DNA of 64,000 nucleotides from Octopus vulgaris (Eukaryota), in assembly GCA_951406725.2 (NCBI GenBank), contig OX597836.1:29078001-29142000 (forward strand), given 5' to 3'. The notes under the pieces are model-generated. The model did no database searches. It saw only the letters and a program-made list of their open reading frames with translations, and was not told the origin of the DNA. Position 1 is the stretch's first letter; every line of letters starts with the position of its first letter. The position numbers and the translations under genes were made by a program. Shown here one piece after another: positions 13,919-28,205 of the stretch.

Positions 13919-16900
13919 TATGGAGTAATTTTCCATTTCCTTGACAATAGGAATCCTGTATCTTACCCCCGCCAACTTACCTTGCTGACTAGATTCTTTT
14001 TTATTTGTTTGTGCACCAACTCCACTCAGAGTAACTGGAATCAACAGATCTTTACAGTAACTAAAAATAATAATTTATAAGAATATTGTTAAATGACGAA
14101 GATTAATTATGGCAAAATGTATCTAATCAAAAGGAATGTTTTATCATCATAATTATTATTATTGTTACTAGCTGGCCCTGTGCTGTCAAAAATGACGGCT
14201 AATTGTAGTATTTTATATATAAATATGGATGGCAAATTGAATTAATACACTTGTCAATGTTATCTAGTAGTTGTGTTTTGAGATGTGACATCGATCATCA
14301 TTTGTTACTGAAAGAATGCTAGTTCACACATACAAACGGTCACATACTTCCCTTGTACATGCACACACATATACACATATACTCACACAGAGTTGAAATG
14401 CTGATTTTTCTTTTCAGTGTTGAATGTTCACCATCCCAATTCCATTGCATATATATACACACACACACCTCCCTTTTACACACACATACACACACACACA
14501 CACACACACATACATATACCCGTACAAAGATGAAACACTCCCGCTACCAGTTTACCACCACCCCTTCTTTTCTCATTCATATTATGTGACAGAGAAAAAC
14601 ACAAGAGTATTATTATAGTAGAAGATGAAGGTGAAGGCAAGCTGGCAGAATCGTTAGTATTTTGTCCATCTTTACATTTGGAGTTCAAATTCTGTTGAGG
14701 CTGACTTTGCCTTTCATCCTTTTGGAGTCGATAAGTATAAGTAACAGTCACAAACTGAGATCAATGTAATTGACCTTCCTTCCCTTCAAAAACTGCTGGC
14801 TCTATGCCAAAATTTGAAATTATCATCATTATCATCATTACTACTGCTACTACTACTACTACTACTATCATTATTATTATTGTTATTATTACTATTAAGG
14901 GAGTGAGCTGGTAGAATGGTTAGCTCAGTGGAAAAATGCTTAGTGGCATTTCTTTCAACTCATTACTTTTTGAGTTCAAATCCCTCTGAAGTTAACGTTT
15001 GCTTTCATTTCTTTGGGGGAGTCAACAAAATTATATACAAGTCAAGTACTGGGATTGATCCAGTCACCAACTCACTCCTTCCCTAAATTCCAGGTCTTGT
15101 GCCTATAATACAAAGGATTATCATCATCATCGTCATGATCAATTTATCATTTTGAGGATTATATTATTCCTGTTAGTCCAGCATTGTCAGGATTACCTCC
15201 AATCAACATTTTATCAACTCAGGGTCAGATTAACCATAGAGTATTAAGGGAAAGGAGGTACCACAGAGGGTTTTCTGGGGTTAGATTTACCATGTTACAA
15301 GTTTTAGAATATAACAGACTTTGTTGTTTTTTTCTCTAAAAAAGTGATGAAAATCTGCATCTTTCCCATGTTGTCCTGTTAAATAATTCTGTCAGTCTAC
15401 TTTTATTCATAAGGTTTCAGTCAATTCAAGGCTTTGGTGAATGACATTTGTCCAAGATGCCACATAATGTAGCTTATGAATTGGGGTACCCAGGACTGAA
15501 CCTGGGAGCTCCTAGTTGCAAAGTGAACTTGCTAACCATTCGGCCATGTTGTGTTCTTATGTATACAGATATGGACAGATATAAACACAGATATACAGTT
15601 ATATACACACAGACATAGATATGGATAAACAGATATAGACACACAGAGAAACGAACAGGCACATATCTAAATGCTCTTACGCACATAATCAGTCACACAA
15701 AATCACTGATGCACAGACACATGCTAATTTACCTCACAGATATACATAGAAATTAAACACAAACACATAGAGACACTAACATATATATAGACAGACACAC
15801 CACACATTTAAGAGGAATGAAAAAGAGATAAGAGAATGATATAACTTACTTGCCGTCCAGCTCTAAAGAACTCCCAGATCCTTGACTGAGTCTTCTGTGA
15901 ATCGATGAAAGTGGGGCAGAGAAGTTATCATCCATCACCATATCATCCGATAGAAAAGACGACTGTGAGTCCGTTGCCTTTAAGAGAGGCTTCCTGCCAA
16001 ATTTGAACTCAAGACCAGTCTCATCACTATGATAAGGTGAAGCCGTTTTTGATTTCTCCTTTGATGAATTGTCTTTGCTCTGACTATTGTTGTTGTTGAG
16101 TCTCCCCGAAGACTTTGGGCTTGATTTGTCCTCTGTGGAGCCATCAAGGCCAGAAGCTGAGCCCAAGTTTGTAATAGTTGAGTCTGACTGTCCGTAGCCA
16201 TTCATCTGTAGCCTGTCTCTGGTTGTTAAGTAGCTGGGAGAGTCTAAACTGGATCTGGCGGGGAGGTCAAAGGAGTCGTTCTGTATAGAACAAGGGGACG
16301 AACTGATAGAGCTGATTTGATCATCATCATCACTGAACGTCACTATATTAGGCAGTTTCTTCTTTTTCTTTCGGTCTCGCTTCCTTTCTGGAATTGCAAT
16401 TAGATGAAGATGAAAACTATGTTGATGATGGTAACAATGATACTATTAAAGTTGCTACTATTTCTGATGATAATGGTGATGATGATGATGATGATTACAT
16501 TCACTGAAGCTAATGTTGTTTTGTTGAGTTCCCAGGTGAACCCTCATCAAATACACCAATGATTAACCCTTTAGCATTTAAACCGGCCATATCCGGCTGA
16601 AATGTTCTGCTTGTTTTATGTTCAAATTGGCCAGATGCAGCCTCTCACACAGACCCTATAATGTCATTCTTACAAATAAACAATTGCATCATCGAAATCT
16701 TGAAGCTACATGAACATGCATGTTTAATTCAAAACAATATGCATTAATAAGCATTACAATTGACAGAATGATCATTAAAGGCTTCCCATCTGTGACCATA
16801 CCATCTGTCCCTTTCAGACATAATACATTTACAATATTATTCAGTGTCTTTCTCTTTCTTAAGAGAGTGTGATAGGAGGGGGTGGTACTATTTCTAGCAT

Positions 16901-19900
16901 GTAGAGGCTTCCTCATTGGTTTGCTGTTACTAATACAGTTATCTGACATAGCAATGGTAAAAATTCTTCTCTCAAACAGAATATTTTCAGTTTTACAAAA
17001 TACTGACAAAACTGCTGGTTCAGCTTCACATGGCCTAATGGATAAGGTGCCTAACTTCAAATCAGAAAATTGCAAGTTCAAGTCTCGTTGTAGTCATAGA
17101 TAATCTTAGGGTGGCCACATAAACTAATGTATAAGGTGTCTGACTCTGAAGCAAAAGGTTGCAAGTTCAAGTCTCATTGTAGTCACAGATAATCTTAAGG
17201 TGACTGCATGGCCTAATGGATAAGACATCTGACTTCAAATCAGAAGATTGTGAGTTCAAGTCTTGTTGTGGTCATGTGTTTACAATTTTACCATTGCTTT
17301 TGGCTACAATTTCTGCAGAGAAAAGTTCACTTCCTGCACTTTACTCAAAATAGTAACCATCAACATCATCAACGTTTTAACGTCCACTTTCCCATGCTTG
17401 AATGGGTTAGACAGAATTTATTGAAGCAGATTTTCTATGGTCAGAAGCCCTTAATGTAGTCAACCCTCAGCTGTTTCCAAGTAAGGTAATATTTCCTCAT
17501 AAAACAAAATATTTTCACAGAATATAGTGACACTTATAAGTATTATGTGATGCCAAGACAAGGAGACAATAACACACACACACACATATATAATGGGCTT
17601 CTTTCAGTTTTCTTCTACCATATACACTCACAAGGCTATAGTGGAAGACACCTACCCAAAGTGCCATGCAGTGGGACTGAACTTAGAACCATGTAGTTGG
17701 GAAGTAAATTTCTTACCACACCTATACTTAATGATCTTGATAGTTGATTAGCTTAGTGTATTTGATTGATCATTTGATCACACACATACACACACACTAT
17801 GTTATTCTGAAAATATATGTCACAAACATAGGAGAGGAGGAAGGCATTTCATTCTTCCAAGTTTTCTTGCATAATTCAAGAAAATACCAGTAATACACAA
17901 GGGGATAATGGTTCAGTAAATAAATTGCTATTCATCCCCTTGTACTAAAAACAAATAGGAAAAAAAGAAAAGGCATAGAAATATGATAGCAAGACATGGT
18001 ACTGGGTCAATCAAAAGACAAGAATATAAAACTTACCGCTAATGGTTGGTTTATTGGTTGATATGATTGGTTTGATGTCTGCTTTATTTTCAGGCTTTAC
18101 CTTTTCCCCAGTGATTGCTTGTGGTATCCCCGAACTGAGTGGGGAATTTATTTCAGGATTGTCAATTATCAAGGCAAACAATATTGAACCAAGCCCTGCA
18201 AGCCATGAAAATATTTTTATTATATTTCCAAAGTCTTTAACTCTGTTGTTGACATCATAAGAATTTCTAAAGTTTCAAAAGAACATGAAATAATTCTCTT
18301 TGGGAAGACTGCATCTCAACGCACACACACCCTGGCTCTTCGTTCGTTACAAGGATGAGTATTCCAGTTGATCCGATCAATGGAACAACTTGCTCTTGAA
18401 ATTAATGGGGCTAAACACAGAGAGGACAAACAAGGACAGACAAACAGATTAAGCCGATTATACTGATCCCCAGCGCGTAACTGGTACTTATTTAATCGAC
18501 CCCAAAAGGATGAAAGGCAAAGTCGACCTCGGCGGAATTTGAACTCAGAACATAGCGGCAGACGAAATACTGCTAAGCATTTCGCCCAGCGTGCTAACGT
18601 TTCTGCCAGCTCATCGCCTTTAGGCATGCATACCCTTAACATAGTTCTCAAGGAGGTCCAGTGTGATACATTGAATGTGACAAGACGGGCCCTTTGAATT
18701 ACAGGTACAACTCATTTTTGCCAGCTGAGAGGACTAGAGCAATGTGGAATAAAGTGTCTTGCACACATAAAGCTATAAATAATGCCTTGTAAATCTCTTT
18801 TGGATAGCACCTGCCTTGTCTACAGGTGGTATGGGTTCATATCCCACAGGCAGCCTTCAGCTTTTGCAATCCCAAAGGGTTTTTCAACTCAATATTTACA
18901 TGTTATTTATAATTTTATCTCTGTGTTTAACTGGGTCTAAGATTATCAAATGTTTCCTTCTGCTCTTTGTTTGGTTTCTTCTTCAGCAATGTCACAATTG
19001 CAAATGTTCCCTTCCAGTTTACTGCCAGATACAATAGACACCTACCAAGACAAGAGTGAATAATTTCAGTAAGAAACAATAAAGCTGGTTGGGTAGATTA
19101 ACCATTCCCAGAACCTCTTTCTCTTCATACAGTTGCTCAAAGTATCCGCTATTTTAGCAGAGCTTTATCTTTTCTATTGACAGTTGCAGAACAGTGTGTC
19201 TGTCACAACTTGAGAACAGTTCAGCACAGCCTGGAATCTACCACTTGGAATCAGATAGCACACATTCACCTTGGTCAGTCTCAAAACTTAGAATTCATTC
19301 CACATTGGTGGAATTTGAACTCAGAATGTAAAGTCAGATGAACTGCCTCTCAGCATTTCATCCGGTGTGCTAACAATTCTGCCAGCTTATGCCTTAATAA
19401 TAATCTATTCTGTTATAGGCAGAAGGCCTGAAACTTGTGGGGAGGGGATTAGTTAATTACATTGACCCCAGTGCTCAGCTGGTACTCATTTTATCAACCT
19501 TGAAAGTATGAAAGGCAAAGTTGATCTTGGCAGAATTTGAACTCAGAATGTAGCATCAGATGTGTTAATGATTCTGCCAGCTCACGGCCTTAATAATAAT
19601 AATAATAATTATCATGATAGCTCACCTGCTGCCATATTGGGTAGCATACTGCTTCGTTCTTGATCTCTAAGAAACGACCAATCTTCATAATATTGACTGA
19701 AAGATAAAAAGGAACACATTATCTCTAGATTGTGTATGAAGTCTGTCTAAAAAAGAATGGGACTTCTTAAAAACAAATGTTCTTGCTTTATTTACAATTT
19801 AACCAATCTGGTCTCCATCAAAATAAATTCCCCTGTCAACCCGCTCTCCTCTTCAACTAGTATCCCTTGTTTTTGCCAGTTTTGGAATGCATCCTGGAAT

Positions 19901-22900
19901 ACATTTTCAGGAGCAATGCACAGTTCTTGTAGTAAATTTGCTTCAATCAGAATTTTCTTCAAACATCTGGAATTGGTGACCTTTCAGTGTGGATTTCAAT
20001 TTTGGAAACAAAATAAAAAGTCCACATTTGAGAAGACACAACTCTGATATTACAGGCATGTCATAAGAATGTTTCAGGAATGTCTCACAAGATGGATTCT
20101 TCAAGTCAAACAGCAGGAGACCTATGTGTAGACCAAGAATGAGACGGTTGAATAATATTCATAATGTCAGTTGGTTACGGTTGGGAATCTAGCCAGAAAG
20201 TCTAATGACAGTTGCTTCTGGAAGACTCTACCCTCATTACCTTCTTAGAAATAGTAGGTGGAGAAGGCGGATGGAAATAAAAAATCAGCAGAATTCTAAA
20301 TCCAGAGAGTAGGATAACTGAGGCATGAGAACCATCTTGTACTTTACCAAAAGTTCACAGAGAAGAGGAGATGCCTGAGTAGTTGTGTTGTGCTGCAGCA
20401 TGGTCTCTTCTTTTACAGGATATCCAAGTAAAATTCTTTACAGACTCTCTGACCATATAAAACAAATGTATCATGAAATATCACTCTTCCAGTAAAAATT
20501 AAAAAAGGTGATCAACACTACTTTGACATTTGAACAAATCTAACATGCCCTCTCTTTTGTTATAGAGACCCAACCCAATTGTTATAGAGACCCGACCCAA
20601 TCGATAACTACCTTTTTATTTCCCTATCTTAGCTGTACACTGACATTATTTCACCTTTCGTGACATTTTACAGAAAGTTTATGCCAGCGTTTGAATGAAT
20701 GATCAAACAGCTAAACAACTTTTAATGGACTATGGAAATGTCTTACTCAAGGATATAATGAGCTGTCTTGTCTAGGATTCAAACCCATAACCTGACAATC
20801 TTGAGCCCAATACGTTAACGACCATGCCACATGTCTTCACATAAATTGAAAAAAATACACTAACAAAATCAAAGCACCTAAAGTAAGAAATGAAAAGAAT
20901 GAAATGAAATCAAATGAAATCAAACAGTGTAAGGCTGTTAAGGTGTTACCTTAAAATGTCATCTTTCTCAATAATCATGTGCATATAACGCTCCAGGCTG
21001 CGTTCATTGAGGGAAGCACGTAACCAGGCACGACCTCGGCCCATATCTGTGTTGATACTCTTCAGCAGCAGGAAACGCTGCACCTCATGTTTGGTCAGAT
21101 GTTCTTTGATGTTCTGCCAGAAGGCTGCCAAGACAAATACAGAACAGTGTCAGCAGAGAGGTGTGTGGGCGGGTAGGGAGGCATTATTGCAAGACAGTAA
21201 ATTCGTTAGAGCTGAAATGGGCCAAATGTGGCCTGTACAACTTTCTGAATGGTATAACTAATCTTTTACTTGTTTCACTCATTAGACTGTGGTCATGCTG
21301 GGGCACTACTTTGAAGAATTTTAGTTGAACAAATCAACCACAGTACCTATTTTTTTAGAGCCTAATACTCGTTCTATTGGTTTCTTTTTGCTGAATAGCT
21401 AAGTTACGGGTATGTAAACAAACCAACACCAGTTGTCAAGTGGTGGGGTGGGGACAAACATACACAAAGACACACACACATATGTATATACATATACGAC
21501 AGGCTTCTTTCAGTTTCCATCCACCAAATCCACTCAAAAGACTTTGGTTGGCTTGAAGCTTGTCAAAGGTGTCACATAGTAGGAATGAACCTGGAATCAT
21601 GTAGTAAGGAAGCAAACTTCTTACCACACAGCCACACCTGAAAAATAACCTTGAATTTTGTTTCTATTAGTGTGGCCTGCTTGATGATAAGTCATGTCTC
21701 ATGTGGCCCACCTGATGGTGAGTTACATCTTGAGCACCCCATTTCTCGAAAAAGGTTGCCCATACTTGTGTTAGAGCATCAGAGAAAAATGTTCTGCAGC
21801 ATTGTTCCAGCTCTTTACATATCATCATCATCTTTTAACGTCTGTTATTCCATGCTGGCATGGGTTGGACGGTTTGAATGAGGTTCGGAGAGCCAGCGAC
21901 TACACCAGGCTTCAATCAGATGTGGCAAAGTTTCAACAGCTGAATGCCCTTCCTAATGCCAACCACTCTCAGAGTGCAGTAAGTGCCAGTCAGGCAGGCC
22001 TAGCATTGATCATATTTGGATGGTGCTTTTTATGTGCCACCGACACAGGGGCCAGTCGGTGGGTACTGGCATTGGCCACGTTTGGATGGTGCTTTTTATG
22101 TGCCACCGGCACACTGAGTACAAATTCTGTTGAGCTCAACGTTATCTTATATCACACTGGGATCAATAAAATAAAACACCAATCAAGTTCTGTATTGACT
22201 AAGACCTCCCACCTTATACCCTCAAATTTGTTGGCCTTGTGCCTAAATTAGAAGCCTCTGCCAATACTCATCATCATCATCATCAATTAACATCTGTTTT
22301 CTATGCTAGATGATGATAATTACTTGTGTATTCAAATTTATGCTCATCATCATATAATACTTATTTCTTTACAGACCACAAGGGGCTACACACAGAGGGG
22401 ACAAACAAGGACAGACAAATGGATTAAGTTGATTATATCGATCCCAGTGCATAACTGGTACTTATTTAATCAACTCCGAAAGGATGAAAGGCAAAGTCAA
22501 CCTTGGCAGAATTTGAACTCAGAACGTAGTGACAGATGAAATACTGCTAAGCATTTCGTCCGGCGTGCTAATGTTTCTGCCAGCTCGCTGCCTTCATCAT
22601 ATAATACTATCATTATTAATTTATAATTGTCACTATTGCCACCACCACCATATCAGCAACAATAACGAGCACCCATATGGTTCCTTGACTTGCAAGAAAA
22701 AGCAGCCAACTCTCACCAAATTACATCCTATTATCAACGTTAGCTGTCATCAAACGTTGGAAAACCTTTGATGACAGCTAATGTTGGGGTTACACAAGAA
22801 TAGCAACAGTGACAACAATATTAAATTGTGCAAAAGTGTAATGAAAATCTAAATAAAAGTTTAGCAGATGCTTACCTGGATAGGGTTCCATGTCCACAAA

Positions 22901-24966
22901 CCTTGTCACCTTGCGTAAACCTGTGATTTCTGACACCTGCCTGGAGTAAAATGGTAGAAGTGAGAGAGAGAGATAGAAAGAAAAAGAGAGAGTGAAGGAG
23001 AGAGGAAGGAGGAAGAGAGAGAGAGAGAAAGAGGGAGGGAAGGAGAGAGAGAATGAGAAAGAGAGAGAGACACACACACACAAAGGAGAAAGAGAGAAGA
23101 GAGAGTGAGAGAGAAAAAGAAAGAGAAGGAGAAAAAAGAGAAAGAGAGAGTAAAAAAGAGAGGAGAGAGAGGGGGGAGAAGATGTTTTTTCCAGCTGGGT
23201 GACCTTACAACTGTTCACCATTCATTTGTGACTGATGTAAGGAGTGGAACCTCAGTCAGAGATACTTTTCAGAGTGGAACTTCACATTGGCCCAAGTGGT
23301 AGGGTGACAAACTATGTGACAAACAGCTTAGCATGCTACCTTCATAGCCATTGTACCACTGAGTGAAAATGCAAAAATATTATCGTGAAATTTATCACTA
23401 AAACCCACTCACTAGAAAAAAAAAACAACTCAAAATACAAACAAACAAAAAACCAGCAGAGTTGGCCAAAACGTAAAAGGAAAACTTACTTGAGGGCAGA
23501 AAAAGCTTTATTGCTGTAACGCAAGCCATACTGCAACACCGCCTCCCAGGCTGCACACAGACATGATACACTGTAGATGAAAAAATTAAATGAGAGAGTA
23601 ATTTAAGACGAAATGAACAAAGTTTTACGGAGATGTACTTGCATAGCAAGTGATTTGATCTGAGATCGTGTGCTGAAACGAAAACAATTGCAGCGTGGAA
23701 GGTGTTTGTAAACCATTTAAGAAACACACAAAAGCTGTTCGATTCACTTCAACATTTAAGTTTAATTTGAACAAAGTTGTTTGGTTGAAACAGTTTGGCA
23801 TTTCTCAGTAACAATGTCTTCTTCAGAATCACAGAGGGACAAAGAGAAAAAGAGAAAGAGAGAGAGGAGAGTGAGGGAGGGTGGGAGAGGAAGGAGGAAG
23901 AGAGAGAATAAAGATGGGAGGAAGGAATAGAGAGAGATGTTTTTCTAGCTGGGTGACCTTCCAACTGTTCACCATTCATTTGTGACTGATGTAAGGAGTG
24001 GAACCTCAGTCAGAGATCATCAAAGGTTGGGACTTCACATTGGCCTTCAAATCACAATAAAAAGGGAAAAAAAAAGTTCTGTTATTTCTTTTCCAAGCTC
24101 AAGAGCCTCAATTATAAAAACCTTAGTATGGCATGAACCCTAAGGGGATAGAGATATTCGGTAAAATATCCTCTTAGAAATGTATGGATGCATTCAATTG
24201 GACATGAGGCAGTAAGAATAGCAATGTCATTGGTAGTGTGTGAGTGCAGGGATGCCTAACCTGGATACATCAGCTGAAAGAGTAAGAAAAAATGGTGGTT
24301 TCTCACATCAAGCTGACTCATAAGGGTTGGTGATGGTGAAAGAGGTTGTGCAGTGGACAAGACAAGAAAGGATTAATCCAGACATTTTCCACTTTGATCA
24401 AGAGTAGAGAGGATTTACCCTTTCATTACCAACCCGGCCAAAACCGGCTCTGGCTCTGTAGTATAAACGTCTTGTTTTCATTAGTTTTTCATTAAAATTT
24501 ACCACCAAACCTTAGTCACAATTTATGTTCCTAACATTAGCTTAATGACAGCTAAGTTATTTTACTAAATTCTTTGTTATATTTAAAATAATTGAAAGAA
24601 ATTTTGAGCATCTCAAAATAAATACAGTAATGAAAGGGTTAATAACATGTTGGGGAAAAGGCAGTGAGCTAGCAGAGTCATTTGCATGTTGGGTAAAATA
24701 TTTAGCAGCATTTCTTCTGGCTTTAAGTTCTGAATTCAGATTCCACCCAGGTTGACTTTACTTTTCATCCTTTCAGGGTCAATAAAATAAGCACCAGTTG
24801 CACACTGGGGTTGATGTAATCAACTCACCCTGCCTCTAACAAAATTTCAAGCCTTGTGTCTAAAGTGTAAGGAGTTATTACCATCCTGGGACACTTATTA
24901 CCTTAAGTTTAAACAAAGATGAAAGAACATTTGATTGAAAATTTGAGTGAGAGTATAAGTATGAGA

Positions 24967-25023
<57 letters not shown>

Positions 25024-28000
25024 TGAGAGAGAGAGAAAGAGAGATGTACATCTCTCTGGGTGGAGTGGTCTTTTATCTTAACTATTTCAGTTATTAGACT
25101 GTGGCCATGTTGGGGCACTGTCTTGAATAAGTTTTAGTTGAATGAATCGACCCCACTACTTATTTCTTTTTCTTTAAGCCTAGAACTTATTAAATCAGTC
25201 TCTTGGTGAACCACTCAGTTACAGGGACACAAACAAACCAACACAGGTTAAGTGAAGGTGGGTGACAAACACAGGCACAAAGACACACACACACACACAT
25301 GATGGGGTTTTTTCAGTTTCCATCTACCAAATCCACTCACAAAGCTTTGGTCGGCCCAAAGCTATAGTAAAAGACACTTACTCAAGGTGCCACACAGTGG
25401 GACTGAACCCGGAACCTTGTGGTTGGTAAGCAAACTACTTACCACACAGCCACCATCTTTAAAGCTCTTACTTTATTTTAGAGAATTGGGTGACAGGTTT
25501 TCAACCTCCGCCCCTATCCCTAACCACTGCACACACATAAAAAATACATCTGTCCTATGGCACTCTTTTGCTTTGTTGTCATCTTTTATTATAAAATAGA
25601 TTCACACTGTCACACAGCCAAAGAAACTTCAGGCTAACTTTATCAGAGCTGTATGTTGTCTATAGGAATCATACAGGTAATATATAATAACAACATGACC
25701 TACTACATCTGTTGATCTCTCACTATCACATGTCTGTCTATCTTTATCTCACACATACACACATTCGATAGTCTATACATCATTACATAGTGCCATGTAC
25801 CACCCACCGACTCACACGCATTAACACTAACACATAACACATATATACATGCTTGTGTTTTTTGGCACATACACAAACACAAACACACACACACATACTC
25901 AGGTAAAAACTGACACACTCAACCCATATATAACACATTTCCTTCCATTGTCTTATAATCTATATCAATATGATTCATGCCAGAAACTGACACAATACGC
26001 ATACACATCTACACATTCACACACACACACATACACACACAAACAATGCCTAGTAATCTTTATAGATATGATTCACCCCACCCCCCACACACACACCTCC
26101 CTTTGGCTGCATTGAACACTTCAATACTACCAACAATTGATACGTTAGAAACCCATCCTCAAATACACTCTGCAACATGGTATCATGTAGGCAATAATAT
26201 TTACCAGGCATAGCAGTGTGGCAAAAATTTTGCTTCTAACCACATGGTTCTAGGTTCAGTCTCACTGTGTGGAACATTAGGCAAGTTTCTTCTGCTATAA
26301 TTGCCGGCCAACCAAAGCCCTGTGAATGGTGTTGGTAGACTGGAAACTGAGAAAAAAAAAGTTGTTTGTTCTATGCAAAACCTATTCAGTGTTAGGTGAA
26401 TCGAGTCCTGTGAAAATTAAGCATCCTGAAAATACTGCTAAATGGGACTCCAAGCTGCAAACGATTCTGCCAGCTTACTGTCTTAAGTCACAACTACTAT
26501 ATTCATACTGCCACCACCAAATTTAAGACCAAAAGTTAAAATAAGTAAGTTGAAACTGTATGAGTCAACTAAGTGGACTTACCGGCTGTCCCCATCTGTG
26601 GCCAGTTCCCGCCGTCCACCAAATCGAACTTGACACTAGTGTTTGGAAATAGAAGAGAAAATTTGTTTTAATTTTCAGTTGTATATATATATATATATAT
26701 ATAATAATTACTTGAGGGAATATTATTCCTAACTTACAGGGAAAAATTCAATTTAGATATACTAAATCAAATTTCACAAAATATAATATATATATATAAA
26801 AATTAGAAAAAAACCACCTTTTATCAATTGAAAATGAACAATTAAATTACACCATCTAGAAAATTACATATAATAGAAATATTAAAAATAAAATAACAAT
26901 AATATATCAATGATTAAGTAAATTGCAAAATAATAATAATAAAAACATAAATATATGTATATACATACACACCTATACATGTTTGTATACACACACACAC
27001 ACAAATGGTTTTAATTATTTTTTCTTAAGACTAAAACAATGCAAGTTATAAGAAATAATACAAGTCAATTGTTTGTACTTTTATCTTGTGTTTTGATATT
27101 GCAAGGTTAGGACCTATTTTTTATGAAATCTTTGGAGATAAGATGTCACATGATATGTGTGTGTGTGTGTACATACATATTTACAATATATCAGTAATGT
27201 ATGCCAGAATTATACATGTACAGCTAGACACAGACACATAGATACATACCAACAGATAGCTAGAGAGAATAATGTAATAGAATTTAGATGGACATAAACA
27301 GTTAAAACAGAATGAAGTGGTTCTTGTTTAGTACCAAGATAATCATAATGAAACAGACTTATGATGACAGGTAGTCCAGTCATGACAATTCCACTCTTTT
27401 TTTTATATTTTTCAGACAGTTTATCTGGTAGCACATTATACAGAGTGTCCTTCCTTTTTTAAATCTTTGCTTGTCTAAAACATTTTCATGCATTTCTCCT
27501 AAACATCAACGCTTGTTTTCAGACTTTTAGTTAAACCTTGTTTCATACACTCTGAATAATGTAAAGCTTTCCTTTCATAAGTCCCAAGTTACACTAGTGT
27601 TTGGAAAAAAACTTGGAAATGTGTATCATATACAATGCATGGACACGAGGGAAATATGTCCTGCATGCCACATGCAATACACAGGACAGGCAAAGGGTTA
27701 AGATGGTCAGGTGTGGTTCTAGATGATTGGTCAGTGTTTCTAGCTGGCTGAGTGACCATATAAAAGTTGCCTTGTTTATTTTCCAGTCAGTCCTAAATGA
27801 ATAGATGTGTGATCAAAAGAATTCCAGTTATGACCAGATCATCCTGGGGTTATTCGGAACATGTTCACTTTGCAGCCACATGGTTCTGAGTGTAATTGCA
27901 CTGCTCATCACTGAGGGTGGATGTCTTCTACAACAGCCTCAAGTTGACCACTACTTTGTAAATGATATTTGAAATATTGCATCAGTGAGGAAGCCTGTTG

Positions 28001-28165
28001 TATATATATTTATTTATATTATATATATAAATAAATGAAAGAATGGAGTCGAACGAAGATGTTAACAAAATTCCTAGTGTTTTCTGACGTGAATTTGCTA
28101 CCCAGGTTTCGGTTAAACGAATTTTCCATGCTGACGATAAACATAGGATAATTCATTCACCTACT

Positions 28166-28205
<40 letters not shown>

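Noticed and set aside
17024-17274. tRNA-Sec or CRISPR-like array
   Set aside because: No long variable arm or extended acceptor stem of tRNA-Sec; body is tRNA-Arg; spacers are near-identical rather than unique
25472-25526. Possible extra SNX29 exon (tgcag / gtaaga)
   Set aside because: Introduces an immediate TAG in the required phase and has no SNX29 similarity; at most a cryptic or poison exon
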